From Octopus bimaculoides (taxonomy: Eukaryota): DNA of 64,000 bases. The notes below the pieces were generated by a model, which did no database searches, was not told the DNA's origin, and was given only the letters and a program-made list of their open reading frames with translations. The stretch spans positions 41,477,317 to 41,541,316 of the forward strand of contig NC_068981.1 of assembly GCF_001194135.2 (NCBI RefSeq), read 5' to 3'. Both the position numbers and the translations under genes were made by a program. The number at the start of each line of letters is the position of its first letter. Within the stretch, counting starts at the first letter, position 1. Positions 26,393-42,300 of the stretch are shown one piece after another.

Positions 26393-29300
26393 GGACTTGG
26401 TAAATTTTTAAATTGAGTCCATCATTGCCGTTTAATATCTATTTTCCAATGAGCAACACTGAGCTCTGGTGTTGGACTTGGTATGGTTTCTATGGCTTGA
26501 TGCCCTTCCTAACACCAACTGCTTTACAGTATGCACTGGGTGCTTTTTTTCTCATGCCACCAGCACTAGTGAAGTTACCAAGTAATTCACATGAATTTCT
26601 AAGAGGTATCCTAACAGATTGTTTCAATTTTTTTTGTGTCAAACCACTCTCTAAAAGTATGCCAGTGGTGTTTACACTGATTTACATTCTATTGACTTTA
26701 ATGTACCTTGGGTACAGATATCTCACACCTTCCTACAGTATGGAAGTCCTCAAAGACTACATTTATGAAATCAATGCAGGTTTAGGATACATGTGAATAA
26801 TGCATGATTAGGAAGGAATGAAGTGTCACGTCATATCAACTATATCAATTTTGCTAACCCGGAAAGCTCTGCAAAAGCTGTAAAGCATCATTGCTTTTTC
26901 TCCTCAGACTAAAATGTGAAAAATATCTTAACTAAACAAGGAATGGAATATATTAGCAACTGCTGTTTGTAACCTGCTTCAGTTAAAATAACTCTACAAA
27001 GGATAAGATAATATTTACACAGAAAATGAAAAAGACACACCCTTTTAACACACTTAGAAGGTTGAATGGTTCGTGTTGCTACTTCTTCATTACCACACTG
27101 TAGACATCCTTCATAAATCAGCTCATTTGACAGTAACATTATCTCTCTGCAATGAAAAAAAAAGTAGTCTTTAAGTGTTCTTCCACAGCTTGCAATTTTT
27201 CTTGGAGGTGGGGAGTGGGGGAATGTGTTGAGTCAGTGTGCCAGTGGTATGAAAAAAGCACCCAGCACACATAGTAAAGCAGTTCACATTAGGAAGGGCA
27301 TCCAACTATAGAAACCATGCCAAAGATGACACTGGAGCTTGATGCAGCTCTGTACCTCACCAGTTCCCTGTCAAAGTATCCTACCCATGCAAGCAAGGAA
27401 AGTAGATGTTAAATGATGATACTGATGCAAGAATAGTAATAATCTTGACTTATTTGTATGGCCTTACAGACTGGTAGAGAAAGGGAGGAAGAAACCAGAA
27501 AACAAGCTTAATTTCAAACAACATAAACTTCAGCAAAAGCAGGCAAGACAAATGGTAGTATTAAATTGGGTTTAGCATTGACATTAAGTCTACCAACTAA
27601 AAGTAGTTGTAGTCTATTCAATAGGTTTCTGCACAGGTACAAGCTAACCAATTTCACTCACAAAACTTGCATTGTCCAAAAGTATCATCATCATCATCAT
27701 TTAACGTCTGTTGTTCATGCTGGCATGGGTTGGACGGTTTGACCAGGGCTGCTCCAGCCTGATTTGGCATGGTTTCTACGGCTGGATGCCTTTCCTAATG
27801 CCAACCACTCCAAGAATGTAATGGGTGCTTTTGCTTTTACGTACCACCAGTATCTACCACGACTACGATTTCACTTTGCTTCTTCTCAAACACAGCATAT
27901 TGTCAAAGTTGTCGGTCATTGCCTCCATGAGGCCCAGCGCACGAAAGGTACTTTCACATGCCACTGACATGGGTGCTAGTTACACGACACTGGCACTGGC
28001 CACATTGCCTCCATGGGAAGATATTTGTCTAAGATGACATACAAAGAGAACAAAGTTGGAACCATGTGATTGCAGAGTGTATGCCTTAAACACTAGGTTA
28101 TGCATACAATGGTAGTAAATACAGGGATAAAAGTTGAATTATGCTTTGGTACGTATATACAAATACAATATATATATAAGAGCATTACCTGTTCATTCTA
28201 TACTGAAGATTTAGCTGCACAGTTGCACCCTTATCTTCAAGCTCTACAAAAAGACTTTTGTCCATGCCTAAACTCCTGAAAAATGTAAAAATAGAATAAG
28301 TTTAAAGAATTATTAGCAAACGTTTTATAGAATTACCACCACAACCACCTTATACACCCTCATCAAAAGCACCACTATATTTTCTACATTGACGTGGTAT
28401 TAATATGAAGAATGAAATCGTTATGGATGAAAAAAACGAAAAAATTTTATGTGGAATTATTGGAGTAAGTTGAGGCATTGATTAAATCAACCTCAATATG
28501 CAGCAGGTACTTTGTATCATCCCTAGAAGGATGAAAGGCAAAGTTGGTCCAAGCAGGATTTAAACAGCTGCCAAATATTCAAACCATTTCACAAGCAATG
28601 TATCTATGCTGAACTACACATCATTCCCATACTACATTACAATATTTCAAGAGTGTCAATCCTCAGTATTTTATCTATAACTATTTATAGCAGCAACATT
28701 TCACTCACTACTGCCATCTTCATTCCTACAACACTAAATCCTCATTGTTAATGATAGGTTTTTATTCTTTACCAAGTTAGTATAGAATGGCAGAAACAAA
28801 TATGATGTTAAAATTTATGTAAGAGATGTATAGAACAATTACAGATTTAGATTTGTTTGAATTAGATTAAATACACCAAAGTCCACAACTCTGAGATTTA
28901 ATATGCACAAATAATGAAATCATGATTGGAACACTGCCTCTTCACTTCATCTGTTAAAGCTATTATGGTAGCAAGATTAAGAACAGGACATCAATAACCC
29001 ACAGAACATGGTTCTGGATTGTGGTAGCTAAACTATGAAAAGGCAGGAAAATATTCATTTTCTTTGTTAAGAAATCTAAAACATCTCTTCAAAAAAAAAA
29101 AAAAAAAAGAGAATTTTTTGTAGTATCCCAAAATTTGGCATGCTCCCCTACACAGACTCTCCACTTATTACACTCTCCTATCAACATTTCTAACATTATC
29201 AAAAGCAGCATCTGCTTACATAATACCACAGCCTCAAGCAAGGCCAATATAAAACATTTTTCAGCATTCAGTGTCATTTCAATAACACTCACAAGCACAC

Positions 29301-32300
29301 ACACAAAAACATGCTTTTTACCCGCCAAAATAACCAGCTGAATTACTTACTACACTTTATTGCAAATGAGTAGAAGTAGTTATAAATCAAAAAACATGTA
29401 TATATATATATATATAGATAGATAGATATAGATATTTTGTATAAATTTTGAAAAATTATCTATTTACTTGGCCTGATCGCTTTGGACAATAGGAGGAAGT
29501 TGTTTTGAATCTCCAACTAAAATGAATTTTTTGGCAGCAAATAAAGGGCCAAGGCACATGGGCAGCATCACTTGAGAGGATTCATCAATAATACAGACAT
29601 CAAACTGACGTTGACATTGAGAAAAGAGTGTATGGGACATGCCCACACATGTAGTTGCAACAACATTCTGGGGAAGAAAATAAAGGAAAACAGTTTACCA
29701 AAACATTGTACAAGAGCTCAGAAAATAAAATATTAAGCTTCAATTAAAAATATCAAGTTAAATTTCTGTTTTCATTCAGTAAAACGTTTTTCTAATCAAG
29801 TTAAAATCTAACAGACACTGTGTTATAAACTGATTTAAAATTTTAAACTCTCTCCAGAGAAAGTTTTTTGTCAACAAATTGTTTGGATAATCTCAAATGA
29901 CCAAAGTTTTTCGATGCCAAGGTATTTTCTCTTCAGCTATATTGATGATGTTCATAATTAGCGTCACTACATATATTCTATCTTTTATCTTTTATTTGTT
30001 TCAGTCATTGGACTGCAGCCAAACTGAGGCACCACCTTGAAGGGTTTAGTCAAATAAATTGACCCCAGTACATATTTTTTTTTTTTTTGTTAAAGTCTGG
30101 CACTTATTTTGTTGGTCTCTTGCCAAACTGTTAAGTTATGAGGACATAAACGATCTAACACTGGTTCTCAAGTGGTGGTGAGAGACAAACATACACTGCA
30201 ATGTATTTGGTCTGCTGCACTACCATTTATGCCATTCAGTCACTATCTTCAAAACCCCAAATACTGAGTATGTAATCAAATTCACTGTGCTCTCAGGAAA
30301 GTCACACACGAGCTAAGAGAAGAGAGCATTAATCTCTTGGCTGAAGAATTAGGAGTTATGATGAAATAAAACTGGTAATTCTGAGTATTTTCTCTTGATA
30401 AATACTTGGACAAATATCTATATTCTTACAATGGATTCATATACAGCTTTCAATTCCTGCACAGATTTCACATTCTTAGTCAGTTCATCTGTTGAATAAG
30501 GGTAGATATCAGGGTGGATACGATCCTTCCGGCCCATACGTAAAAACTGGATTTTTTCCTAAAAAGGACAAAAATGTAATTCAAAGATTAGAACATGTAT
30601 ATTGAAAAAAAAAAAAAAGTATATTAGAAACTGGTTATAGGAATTAACAGAGAAATAGAAGTTTGTCAACATTTAGATAACATTTCTGTTCATTTGTGTA
30701 ACATCCATTTTCCATGTTGGCATTGGTTAGAAGTGCTTTTCCCATTGACAACCTTTTTGTTTTTTTCCAAGTACTGGGATTTATATTCCACTGGTCTTCA
30801 AAACTGCAGAGTGATTGGTCATAATCTCAATAAAGTATGTAAACATCATTTACTATTTCACTTGAACAAAACCATGAATTGTCAGCATTCAGTCACTTCA
30901 CATATACGACAGGCTTCCAACAGTTTCCATCTCTCAAATTTACTCATCAGGTGTCAAGTCAAGGCTATAGCAGAAGACACTTGCCCTAGGTATAGCACAA
31001 TGGGATTTTGGTGAGTTAGTAGATGTGGGTCCCATTAGTTGTGTCATGGACATGACTACCTCTGTAGTGCTGGTGCCATGAAAAGAATACACTTAGTACA
31101 CTCTATAAAGTGTTAAGTAAAGAGGAACTGTTAAGCTTGTCGAGGACATGACACCTCCAAGGATGGCACCATGAAAAAAAGCATAAAGTGGTTGGCATTA
31201 GAAAGGACATCCAGCCATCAAAGCCAAACCAAAAATGAAACTCATAAGCAAGATGAACAGTACCAGTGAAAACATAAAAAGTGGATGCAAAAGTGATAAC
31301 AATACAGACACACACCATACATGTACAATTTATATTCATTCAGAGTCAAGTGCTGATTCACTCTACATTTACTCAGTGCAGTTACTGCTTGATTGAATTC
31401 ACATGGTGCAATCCTCAACTGATGTGTGAATTTGTAATTGGAGTACAAATAGTGTGTCAAATCAATAAACATTAACTGCAATATCTGACATGAGATTTCT
31501 AAACAGATGCTGTTTTGTCTTTACAGTGAAATACTGTGGTGGTAACATATTACAACTCCAAAAGGAATGTTAATCAAATAATCCAGTAATCACAGATTAA
31601 TTAGTTGAAGTAAATAGGTAGCATTACGATATTTCATCTACTTGGTTGCTTGGCTTCAAACCTTCACTCTCTTCCACATATACAGTAAGTAATTTAGCCA
31701 AAATTTCATATCTCAAGCACAGCATATCGCCAAAGATCAAAAAATAATATCTGAAAAATTGCAAATTTCCATTAAAAAGAAAAAAAAAACATACTTTTCT
31801 CAGTTTAAGAAGTATATTGTCAACAGCAGAGTGGGTAAAACTGGCCACTAATATTGAAATACCACTAGCAACTAGCATCTGAATGAGGGCAACTATAGTG
31901 GAAGTTTTCCCTGAAATTGAAAAAGAAAGCAAGTGTTAGAGTTTAATCTGAAGAAGTATCCAAACAAAGGTGGGATTACAGACACAGAAACATTGAAGAT
32001 CTGTCTACCTACCTGTCCCTGGATAACCACAGATAACGACATAGTCTTCACTCATGAAAACCTAGAAATAGGATAAATTTCCATTAGAGCAGATGATTCA
32101 TCAGTGATGAAGCTGATATTTAGCTAAGCTAGAATAACAGTGACAAGCTTTAAAATGTTAAAACTATTAGTTCAAAGAGTAGTCTATATGAATCCTACCA
32201 CAAGAATTAAGTTGTACTTTAGATCTAGGTCAGCCCTGATAAAGCAGGCCTATGATCCAACCTTGATCATTTCAAGTTATTTTCAATCAATTTTACCTAT

Positions 32301-35300
32301 GATCTCATACATAAGCTTGTGGATTTCATTTCCAATGTGACGAACAAGATGTACTCTTAGTCAAGGCACTTCAATTCATGCTGTTCCAGTCAAGCCAGCT
32401 AGTAAACTAAGTATTAAGACTGACAGAGCACCAGGTCATCATCAAGTAGTGAAGCACTACATCTTTACTCTTTTGTTTTTTATCTATCGCAAGGTCACAT
32501 TATTCAATATATTTTTTATCCCTTTTGAAATAAAATTCAGATGCAATTCGAGGGACATTTAGCTAGGTCAAGAAACAGACTACAGGCTTCTTTGTTGGCT
32601 TGTAATGCATTCACAAGTACTGTGTTATGTTATTCAACAAGAAACACGATCCTACTTTGACAGGGATCAAAAAGAATTGCTATTTCACAAAAATGATACA
32701 GCTGATCAAAATGTGTCTGAATAAAACACAAGGTAATATTCTTGTGCAAAGCTTGCTGCTGTTCTATAAACTGAAGTATCTAGAATTGTTTTGTCTAGTG
32801 GAATACAAATTTTTAAGTCAAAAGTCAATAGCCTTATAATAATTTGCCACTCAAAAAACAGGAAGCACTTTTTCTTCATTGATATATCAGCATTAAAATT
32901 AATTAGGTTGCAAAATCTTTACACAAATAATCTATTAAAATACTTAGATTTGCAGAGACATTCCAATATAGCGGAACTTAGTGTGACAATAGTTTATTTT
33001 CAACAAATCTATTCAATCAATGCTATTATGGAAAAATGGTAATTCAATCAATAATTGTTTCAAATTTTTACACAAGGCCAACAATCTTAGGGGGAGGGGG
33101 ATAGTTGATAACATCAACTCCAGTATTTGACCCTGAAATGATGAGATTTGAACTAAGAGTGTAAATAATGTTAGTGGTGCTGATGATTGTACTGGTGGCA
33201 TAATGATTACAATGTGAGCAACACTGGAAGTGATTCAGAAAACAAGCAATGAAAAGGAAGATAAAATCATAGATTCACCTTTAAAAGTGCCACTTTTTGA
33301 AGTTTGTTTAAAGGCTTGAAAATAGATTTAACTAAAATAAAAAAAAAGGGAGAAATAAAAATTTAAGTTAATAAAACAGTTGGAGAAAGAAATAAAAAAA
33401 ACACTCAAGGATTTATAATTATGCTCCAATTCTAAGTTTTCTCTCAACTGAGTAGGCATATTTCAAAAAGTTAGCATTGAAGGAAACTAAAGCTAGTCAA
33501 ATAATACCTTATGAATAAACCAAGTTTAAAACCTTTAGAAGCTCAGAATACCCAAACTATTATTCTTATACTTAACAACAACAAACTAGTTTCTTTTTGG
33601 TGCACACTCATTATATATCCTTTTCAAATGTACCTAAGCTACAGAAAATGCAGGTAAACATCATTTATAAGTAACAAATAAAACCTGACAGGTGCAGAAT
33701 ATGATTTCTTTTCCTTTTAGAATCATGCATATCTTCAATCCTTGACAATTGTTACCTGCATTTATCAGATTTCAAGCTAACAAGGGAGCATGTATATAGT
33801 TGCTTGATTTGCTAGAAATATCTGCCAAATTTTACTTGGCCATTTAATAAAAAAAGACACTCCTAGATATGATATGCTTAGAAAAAAAGACAAGACGGTC
33901 CAAGCTGGAAGGCTTTTGATCATAGGTTACTTGAGTAAAGTTTACTTCAGGTAAACTGACAGTAACTAACAGATCTTTTTTCCCCCCACTTTTTCCTAAA
34001 TTTTCCATGTATCCTCTTGTATCTCCCCTCACTGCTACTTGATTTATTTCTGTAGTACACCTAATTATGATTATTATACTCATTATGATAATTACATCTT
34101 TTCTGACTTGACTAATATCTAATAAATACAACAAAACATTGCACATCAGTTATAACAGATTAAAATGTTTTACTAATGAAACAAGATTAAGTTATAAGAC
34201 CAAATGACAAGTAGTAAATAACGTTTCCTCAATTCAAACTAGTAAGAATGTGGCATAGCAGCAAAACATCCCACTGAAGATTAACTGCCAGTTAATCTTA
34301 ATCCACATGTAAAATATACTCAACAACCAACTGTAATGATAAGCAAGATTTCAGTCAACATACTCAGGCACTGCCATTGAGAAATGTAGAGATCTAAACC
34401 CCACTTGGCATCTGACTTCAACAAGGTATTTGACAGCATACACAAACCTTCATTTAGTAATGTAGCATTCTTAAAGTTGTTATCATGGAAATCAAACATG
34501 CCAACAGAAAATATTGTGTCAAGACTGAAAACAAGTACTAGCAGCTGATTCAAAATGCTGACAGAAGTACACTGAGAATGCTTTCTATCACTTGTATTTG
34601 CCCTGGCCTATGATTGGGTGCTGAAGAAAGCTACCCAAAGAAAGGACATACAAATTGCTATCCTAGAAAAAATACGAAATAAAAAATAAAAAGGTAAAAT
34701 AAGCCTAAATAAGCTTCAATTTATTAAAAAAAAAAAAAAAAAATGAACAGGTGCTCTTCATTCTTAGTCAAGTTTTAGAAAGTGGTGATTTAAAATCTTA
34801 CCTTTCTGAACAGTGCTTTTTCCTAATGTTGAATGCACTCTAGGTTTTTCATGGTCAATTATCAATTGTCTTAATCTTTCACTGAAAATAAGACATGTTA
34901 CTGATTAAATTATTTACTCAAGAATTACATTTTACACAATACTATGAAAAATATATAAAGTCTATATATATTATGAAAATAGATGTTGTGTATAGACATG
35001 TAAGTGCTCAGCAACAGAAAAACAGTAAAAAAAAGGAGAGTAATGGCAGAACATATACTGCAGAAAGAGAGACTGCTGAGAAAGATATACAAATTGTATT
35101 ATGTAAACTACAGACAAGAGAAGAATTTTGATATTTTGGCATCTTTGTTACTGTTTTAATGCTATATTATACTTGTAATTTCATTTGATGTTAGGTGTTA
35201 CAGTAAACAAACCTGACTTCAGTATTCTACAAAATATCAATGTTAACAGTAACGAACAAATATATTAACAATGCCAACAATAGCTAATGCAGTTTTACAT

Positions 35301-36261
35301 TATATGAAACATCAATATAAAACTACCTTTTGTGACCTCTATCAGTGGATAAGAAAACTTTAATAACAAAACTTTTTTACCTGTGAGCAGTATTTGCCAT
35401 TAAAGTTATCAGATTATTATAGCATGTGCCCCAATTCTCCCAGTCAGAACATTTGTCGACTTTGAAAATTTCTGTATTAACATTGAGGTGGTCATCAAAG
35501 CTCCTGGAATGAAAATGAATGAAATTATGTCATTATGTAAATGAAAAGGATTCTGAAACTTTTAGTTAGTTATTCTTTGTTCTGTTCTTTTGTGGTCTGG
35601 GTCAATCAGATCATATATGTCACAGTTCCTTGGGAAGACTAGGCCACCTATAGACATGACGCTAACATTATAATTATAAATGTAACTGGTTCTTTCATAT
35701 CTAAACTGAAGATTAATAGCTACTATCTACTCAACAGAATAACTTTGATAGTGGGTGTATCTTATCTTGGAGCACAATTGAATAACTTTGGCAGTAGTCA
35801 AACGAATTTTAGTTTTGCTTTAACCCATTCATGAGAAAAAAACACCCGAATTGCATGGATGTACCTCTTTACATTTAAACCAAAATATTGAAATAATTTG
35901 TCATACATTAGTGGTAACACGATTTCACTAGATAAAGATTTCCTTTACACAGTATGACATTTCTATAACTTAATGTTGTGGTCACTGAAACTTTTTGCTT
36001 TTTTTTCCAAATCATTTTTTATTTCTGTAATGGCCTATCATCATCTCAACTTAACATTGACTTTTCCATATTCACATATGTTGGATGGAATTTTACTGAG
36101 GCAGATTTTCTATGGCCAGATGCCCTTCCTATCACCAACCCTCACCTGTTTCCTGACAAGGTAAGATTTTACCTATGATTAGTACTCAAAGAAGATTGGA
36201 ATTGAAAGACACTGCTTACAAAACAGTGACAAGGCAAGGAGACAGTAACACACACACACAC

Positions 36262-36349
<88 letters not shown>

Positions 36350-39300
36350 CACATACACACACACATCAGACTACTTCCAGTTTCTCCTCAACCAAATTTA
36401 CTCAAGACTTTGGTCAGCCTGAGGATTATAGAACAGGATACATGCCCAAGGTACCACACAGTGGGACTGAACTCAATACCATGTGGTTGGGAAGCAAACT
36501 TCTTACCACAGAGCCACAATTGTGGTATGGTTTCTATGGCTGGATGCCCTTCCTTAAACCAACCACTTTACAGAGTGCGCTGGGTGCTTTTTACGTGCCA
36601 GCAGCACGGGTCCGTTAACATAGCACTGGCACAAGTGCATTTTATGTGACACCAGTGGATGACAACACTTTTACTGAAGGGTACATTCTGCTATGAGTGG
36701 ATGAATCTTCTGTAGCATTACATATCACCAGTCAATACATTCCTTTGACATCTTAATGACATGTAACATCCTCGGGTCAGCCATCACCACTTCATCTCAA
36801 ATTTTCCTTGGTCTCCCTTTTTCACAAGTTCCACTAACTTGGAATGCCTGGCACTTTTGTATACAGCCATCATCTTCCATATGCTTCACATACCTGTACT
36901 GGCACAGCCTCCTCTCTTGCATACTACATTTGATTCTTCTTATACCCAGTTTTTTTTCCTTAGTTCATTTGTACTCTGGCATACATGCACACTAACATTA
37001 AATATATATAGAGCATGCTAGTTTTATTTCTTTCTAGTCTTTGTAAATCTTCTTCATTTAAAGCCCATGTTTCAATATTATGCAGCATTGCAGTTCTAGC
37101 ACAAGCATCGTACAATTATGCAGAATGTGCTCATGAACAACACTACATTTATTTAATGATTTTCTCATCACTATTTTGGTAAGTCTATGCTTTGCTGCAG
37201 AGATCTAATAAGATCAAAATAGACTAAAGTTGTTTTCACATCTAGATTGTATAACTAAAAATAATATTAGCCATTGACTAATATTATCTTTCTCTCATCA
37301 AATATCATCATTTTAACATCTACTTTTCCATGGGTCAGATGGAATTTGTTGAAACAGATTTTAACAGCCAGATGCCCTCACAGCATAATTACTTCAAATT
37401 GTTTTTTCTATGTTCTTTGCATAAAATATGGTAGCACTGACTTACAATACATTAGATTGTTTGCTATGATAAATAATAGAGTAAAGAATGAAGTAGTAAA
37501 ATTTTAAAGATAGCCATGACACCGACAGAAAACATAAACCAAAATGTCATCATACCTGTCACACATAACAACAAGATGATCCTCAGAAATACTGTAAATG
37601 TATCCTCTACAAATAACAATCTGTTGTTTGTCTTCAACACTAATTGCAACACTGTCATGAACATTCAATCCAACTGTATTAATGGGTTCAAAAGACTGAT
37701 GTAAGCTGGAAAACAAAAACAAAATATCCATCATAATCATTTCCTTGATAGCAACAGCAATTACACAAATTAGCTAACAATATTTTTTCTAACTTGATTC
37801 TTAGATGCTGTCATCATCATCATCGTTTAACATCTGCTTTCCATGCTAGCATGGGTTGGACGATTTGACAGAGGACTGGCGAACCAGATGGCTCCAATCT
37901 GATCTGGCAGAGATTCTACAGCAGGATGCCCTTCCTAATGCCAACCACTCCGAGAGTGTAGTGGGTGCTTTTTTGTGCCACCGGCACGAGGGCCAGTCAG
38001 GCAGTACTGGCAATGGCCACACTCAAATGGTGTTTTTTTACGTGCCAGCTGCACAGGAGCCAGTCCAGCGGCACTGGCAATGACCTCGCTTGAATGTTTT
38101 TTCACGTGCCACCAGCACAAGTGTCAGTAAGGTGACGCTGGTAACGATCACGCTCAAATGGTGTTTTTTATTGTATTTAATTCTATTTCAATCCAGATCA
38201 GTGATTTTCAAATGGTGCACAGCAAAGGAGTACCTAAGTGAACTGGCTGTTTTAAACTATAATATAAGGCTTAAGAAAATCCAAACTAATGCTTGAGCAT
38301 CTTGTTGAGTAATGAAGACAAACCAATATTACAAACTGGAACCAAAGGAGCTAATTATGAAACCTGTAATAAAACAACAATCTTACTTGGAATATGGGTG
38401 TCTTTTAAACGAGTTGAGAAATTTTTCTGTGTCAGGGAGTGTTTGAGAGCCACAAAACTGGAGGTTGCTAATACATTCCCCTTTTTTTTCTCTGAAATAC
38501 ATAAAGAAATAACATTACATAACCAACTTAAAAGAGAAATAAGATAAATATAATTATTTAACTCTTTCAGCACCAATTACTTGAAATCACTTCTGGCTAT
38601 TATATAAAACTTATGTTCATATTTAAGCTAAAACCCCATCATAATTTTATGTAAGGCCAATTATTTTGTTAATAATAATAATAATAAATAATAATAATAA
38701 TAATAATAATAATATGCTCAGGTGCACTACAACTGATCAGACAAGAGGCAGTACATAGAAAAATGCACAGAAAGTGAACAGTGAATGAGTCATTAATAAA
38801 AAAGGTGAGGTGGGGAGATCAGGTGTACTGATAGCAAATTTCAGGAAGCATGAAAGATTTGAAGAATGTAGTGTCCCAACAACTAAAAACTGATAAGAGT
38901 AGTTTATCCCATGCTTCAGCAATTCTGAGTGTGAAAAAATGTTTTTGAAAGTCATGGGTGTTGTGCTGTATTTTGATTTTGTAAGAATGTCCACAAGTGT
39001 TAGACATATGGAATTCAAAAGGGTGCCCAAGGTTGTTATTGGAAAGATGGTGGGTAATCTTGTGTCAACAAAGTCAGTTGCTAGATGTCAGAGCTGAATG
39101 TGAGCATGCCCAGGGAAGTAAGACATTCAGAGTATGGCAGATATTCATCTGGTTGCATATTTCTGAACAGTTTCCAGGAAATTGATATGCCGAGTAAGAT
39201 ATGGGGCTCCAGACTGGTGATATGTTTCAAATCAACTTAAGTACAGGAAGATGTCACACAGAATGATTGGCATAACAGTGTCCTCATCAACTACTACAAG

Positions 39301-42300
39301 AGTGAAGAGAGAAATCTACAATGGTATCAAACTGATGGACTAGGTTGTGAAAGTTACTGGAAGAGTCAAAGCTTAACTGATTAGGAAGAGAATTAGCCAA
39401 GATGACATGCAATTTAGAGATACCATGATGAAATGTACTCAGTGCATTCTGCTGCTACAGTTACAATGACAACACAAGCCCTGAATTAAACATTGAAAAA
39501 TAACTGGTCTTATACCTAGGTAAAAAATATAAATAATTGTAACAAACCTGTCAATGCCAGTTGAGCACCATATATCACGGATCCCTTCGCCATGGATACT
39601 GCTTTGTTTTTCAAATTCAATCATGATACACCAGCGAATGAAAAAAATAATATGTGACTGGCTTAAATGAGATAAAGATATTTGGTGAAGTTCTTTACGG
39701 TTTTTAGTCATGTTCTCAACATCTGAAGAAAAACTGGAAAGATACAAACAGTACAATAAAATTCAGAATACTCAGTGGTATAAAAAATTTACAAATTATG
39801 CATTTAAAAAGCAAAATATGCAAACAAGATGCTCTTGAGCTGGCCTTTCTCCTCAACAAACTTTTCAAACTTTCTCTCCTTATAAGTACAAAGGAATACA
39901 ACAAATGGCAAAACATGTGAGACAAGTGTTGGAAAAGACCTATTCAACATATTTAAGCATGGAAAAGTGAATGTAAAAATGACAAATTCAATTAAAAATT
40001 AACTTACTTTTGATAAATAGAGCAGCTTAGAAGATGGGGACATTTACTACAAGCAGACACATTGTTGATGGGCTCAGGTAATTTACCAAGAAGTTTTGAT
40101 AAATCCTCTGGAAGTGAATTTTCTCTAAGTAAACTGTTTTGTATATAATACAAAATCTCATTTCTGAGCTGGATTAATCCTGTTAATGAAAAAACAAAAA
40201 AACAAAATGCAACCAGTGAAATTTTTCAAGTGTAAATATATAAAAACATTGGTGTTTGTAAATTTTTTTTTTCTGTTTGTAATCAATTTGATCCTATTTT
40301 TAAAAACGATTCCATATTCCTGTATATGAACTATCATCATTTAACATCCATGTTCCTTGCTGGTATGGACTGGATGGTTTTACAATGGCTTGACTGTCTA
40401 CTATAACATGGTTTCTACAACTAAATGTCTTTCCTAATACCAACCGCTTTACAGCATGTACTGGATGCTCTTTTGGTGCTACCAACACTAATGAGGTCAC
40501 CATGCAACTTGCAAGACAACAAGACTTTATGCTACAACACGAGGGAATTAAAGTATGACAGAATAGAACAGGTTTTTTGTTGTAGAGGGGATACATGGCT
40601 AGCCATATTAAAGGGTGTAAGGTGATGAGGTGTTTATGTGAACTCTCAAAAGTAAGAGGAGAGTAAAAATGAATGGAGGCAAAAGAACTGGAAGTGTGGG
40701 TGAGTGAAGGTAACTAGGACATATAGGAGAGTGAGAGATAGGGAATGGACAAAGAGGTGAATATAATGAATGAGCAAGTGTTGAATGATAAGTAGGAGAG
40801 GTAGGGAAGAATAGGTGAAAACTGTAGAGACTGGATAGGGTTGAGGAGTGGATATAGTGAATGGTGAATAAAGGGTAGGAGTGACTAATGATGCATGAAA
40901 GTAATTCAGTAGTCTGTTGAAGAGAGAGAGAGAGAGGGGTGACAGGAGGTTGGGCAGTTGTGAGTGGAGGGAGAAGAGAAGTAGGTGTAGTGCATGGGGA
41001 GAGTGAGTCTCTATAGTAGTGAAGGTAAGATGATATGGCGGCTTGGGGTGCATGACAATATTAAAGATGAAAGATGGATACCAAGTGAAATGGTTGAAGG
41101 TAGTAAGAAAGATTAGCCAATATCAAGGAAAAGTTGCATTTAGGGAGATGAAGGGCAATGGGGGTGACTTGGTGGAAGGAATTGGACAAGGGGCCCAGTT
41201 GTGTGAGTGTGTATACACACAAACACACACACACATGCACAGTGTTTCCAGAACTTAGTTCCACTGAGTTGGGTAGGTCTTCTAGAGAATTGCATATCAC
41301 TAATCACCTTGGTCTTTTGTTATCTCCTCTGAGAAGTTCAAGATCCTAAAAGTATTGATTATATTGTTGTGCTACTTTGATATTTGAAAACACATAACCA
41401 GAACAACTTAGCCATGCTTTCAGCTTGTTCAACTTAGCCCTTCATGACAATGTCCCAACATGGTTGCAATTCATATCCACTTTCTGACAGATGGTCAAGC
41501 TTGTGCAGTGGAGACCTCAATTTTTCTTGGCCACCACACTACAGTCCCTGCTCACTAAGATAACTTCCCACAAGTGCAAGCCCCATGAGTCAGAATGGTT
41601 GTTCCAGCACATCTCTCTCACCATCCTCTGGAGTAATGCCTTTTCCATTTTGTCTGCTGGGACCACGAGGCAGACCGACAAATCTTTTTAGTTATAGCTG
41701 TTGTAAAGGGTAATTGTGGTAAGTGGAAATCAACTTCAGCTTTGCTGTTATTTGTGCATTTCAAATTCCTTCACCTCTCAAAAACATACCCCTTCTTTCT
41801 AATTCCTAACTAATATAACTGAAACAAGTAAAAGAATAAAAATAAACTGAATGAAACTTAATTTTTTAGATTGAATCATAAAAACATAATCTACCATACT
41901 CAAGAACTAAGTCTTGGGATTATCAACCAAAATCTATATAGTTATTTCAAATGTTATGTTATAGTTCTATATTTTAGATTGGTCAGCAAAGTAAAATTAA
42001 TCTTTAGATCTGTAATGAATAATAATGAATACATTTGGTTAATTACTGTTATACCTCTTTTATTTTGATGTTCAGCTGAAACAGGACTCATGTTTGGTTG
42101 ATCTTTCAAGTAAAGAAGTAAACCCTCTTTTGGATCTTCTCGGCGATCAGACATCATCATAGTGTACAAAGTAACCTGGAATAGAGACAAAAAATTAAAC
42201 AATGGAAGGTAGAGAAAATACCTTTATTGAAAATCAGTAATTCATTTAATTGCTACTTAATACATTTTTCTACTTGTTTCTAGACTTAAAATTTCCTTCA

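Noticed and set aside
26413-26796. 127-aa hydrophobic ORF
   Set aside because: Its first half is reverse-strand family A SINE sequence (GGTTTCTATGGC..GATGCCCTTCCTAAC).
36175-36618. 147-aa ORF containing (YI)n
   Set aside because: Translation of an (AT)n microsatellite plus SINE pieces.
40640-41700. GC-richer, purine-skewed block with several ORFs
   Set aside because: Probably decayed retroelement sequence, but no motif was clear enough to classify.
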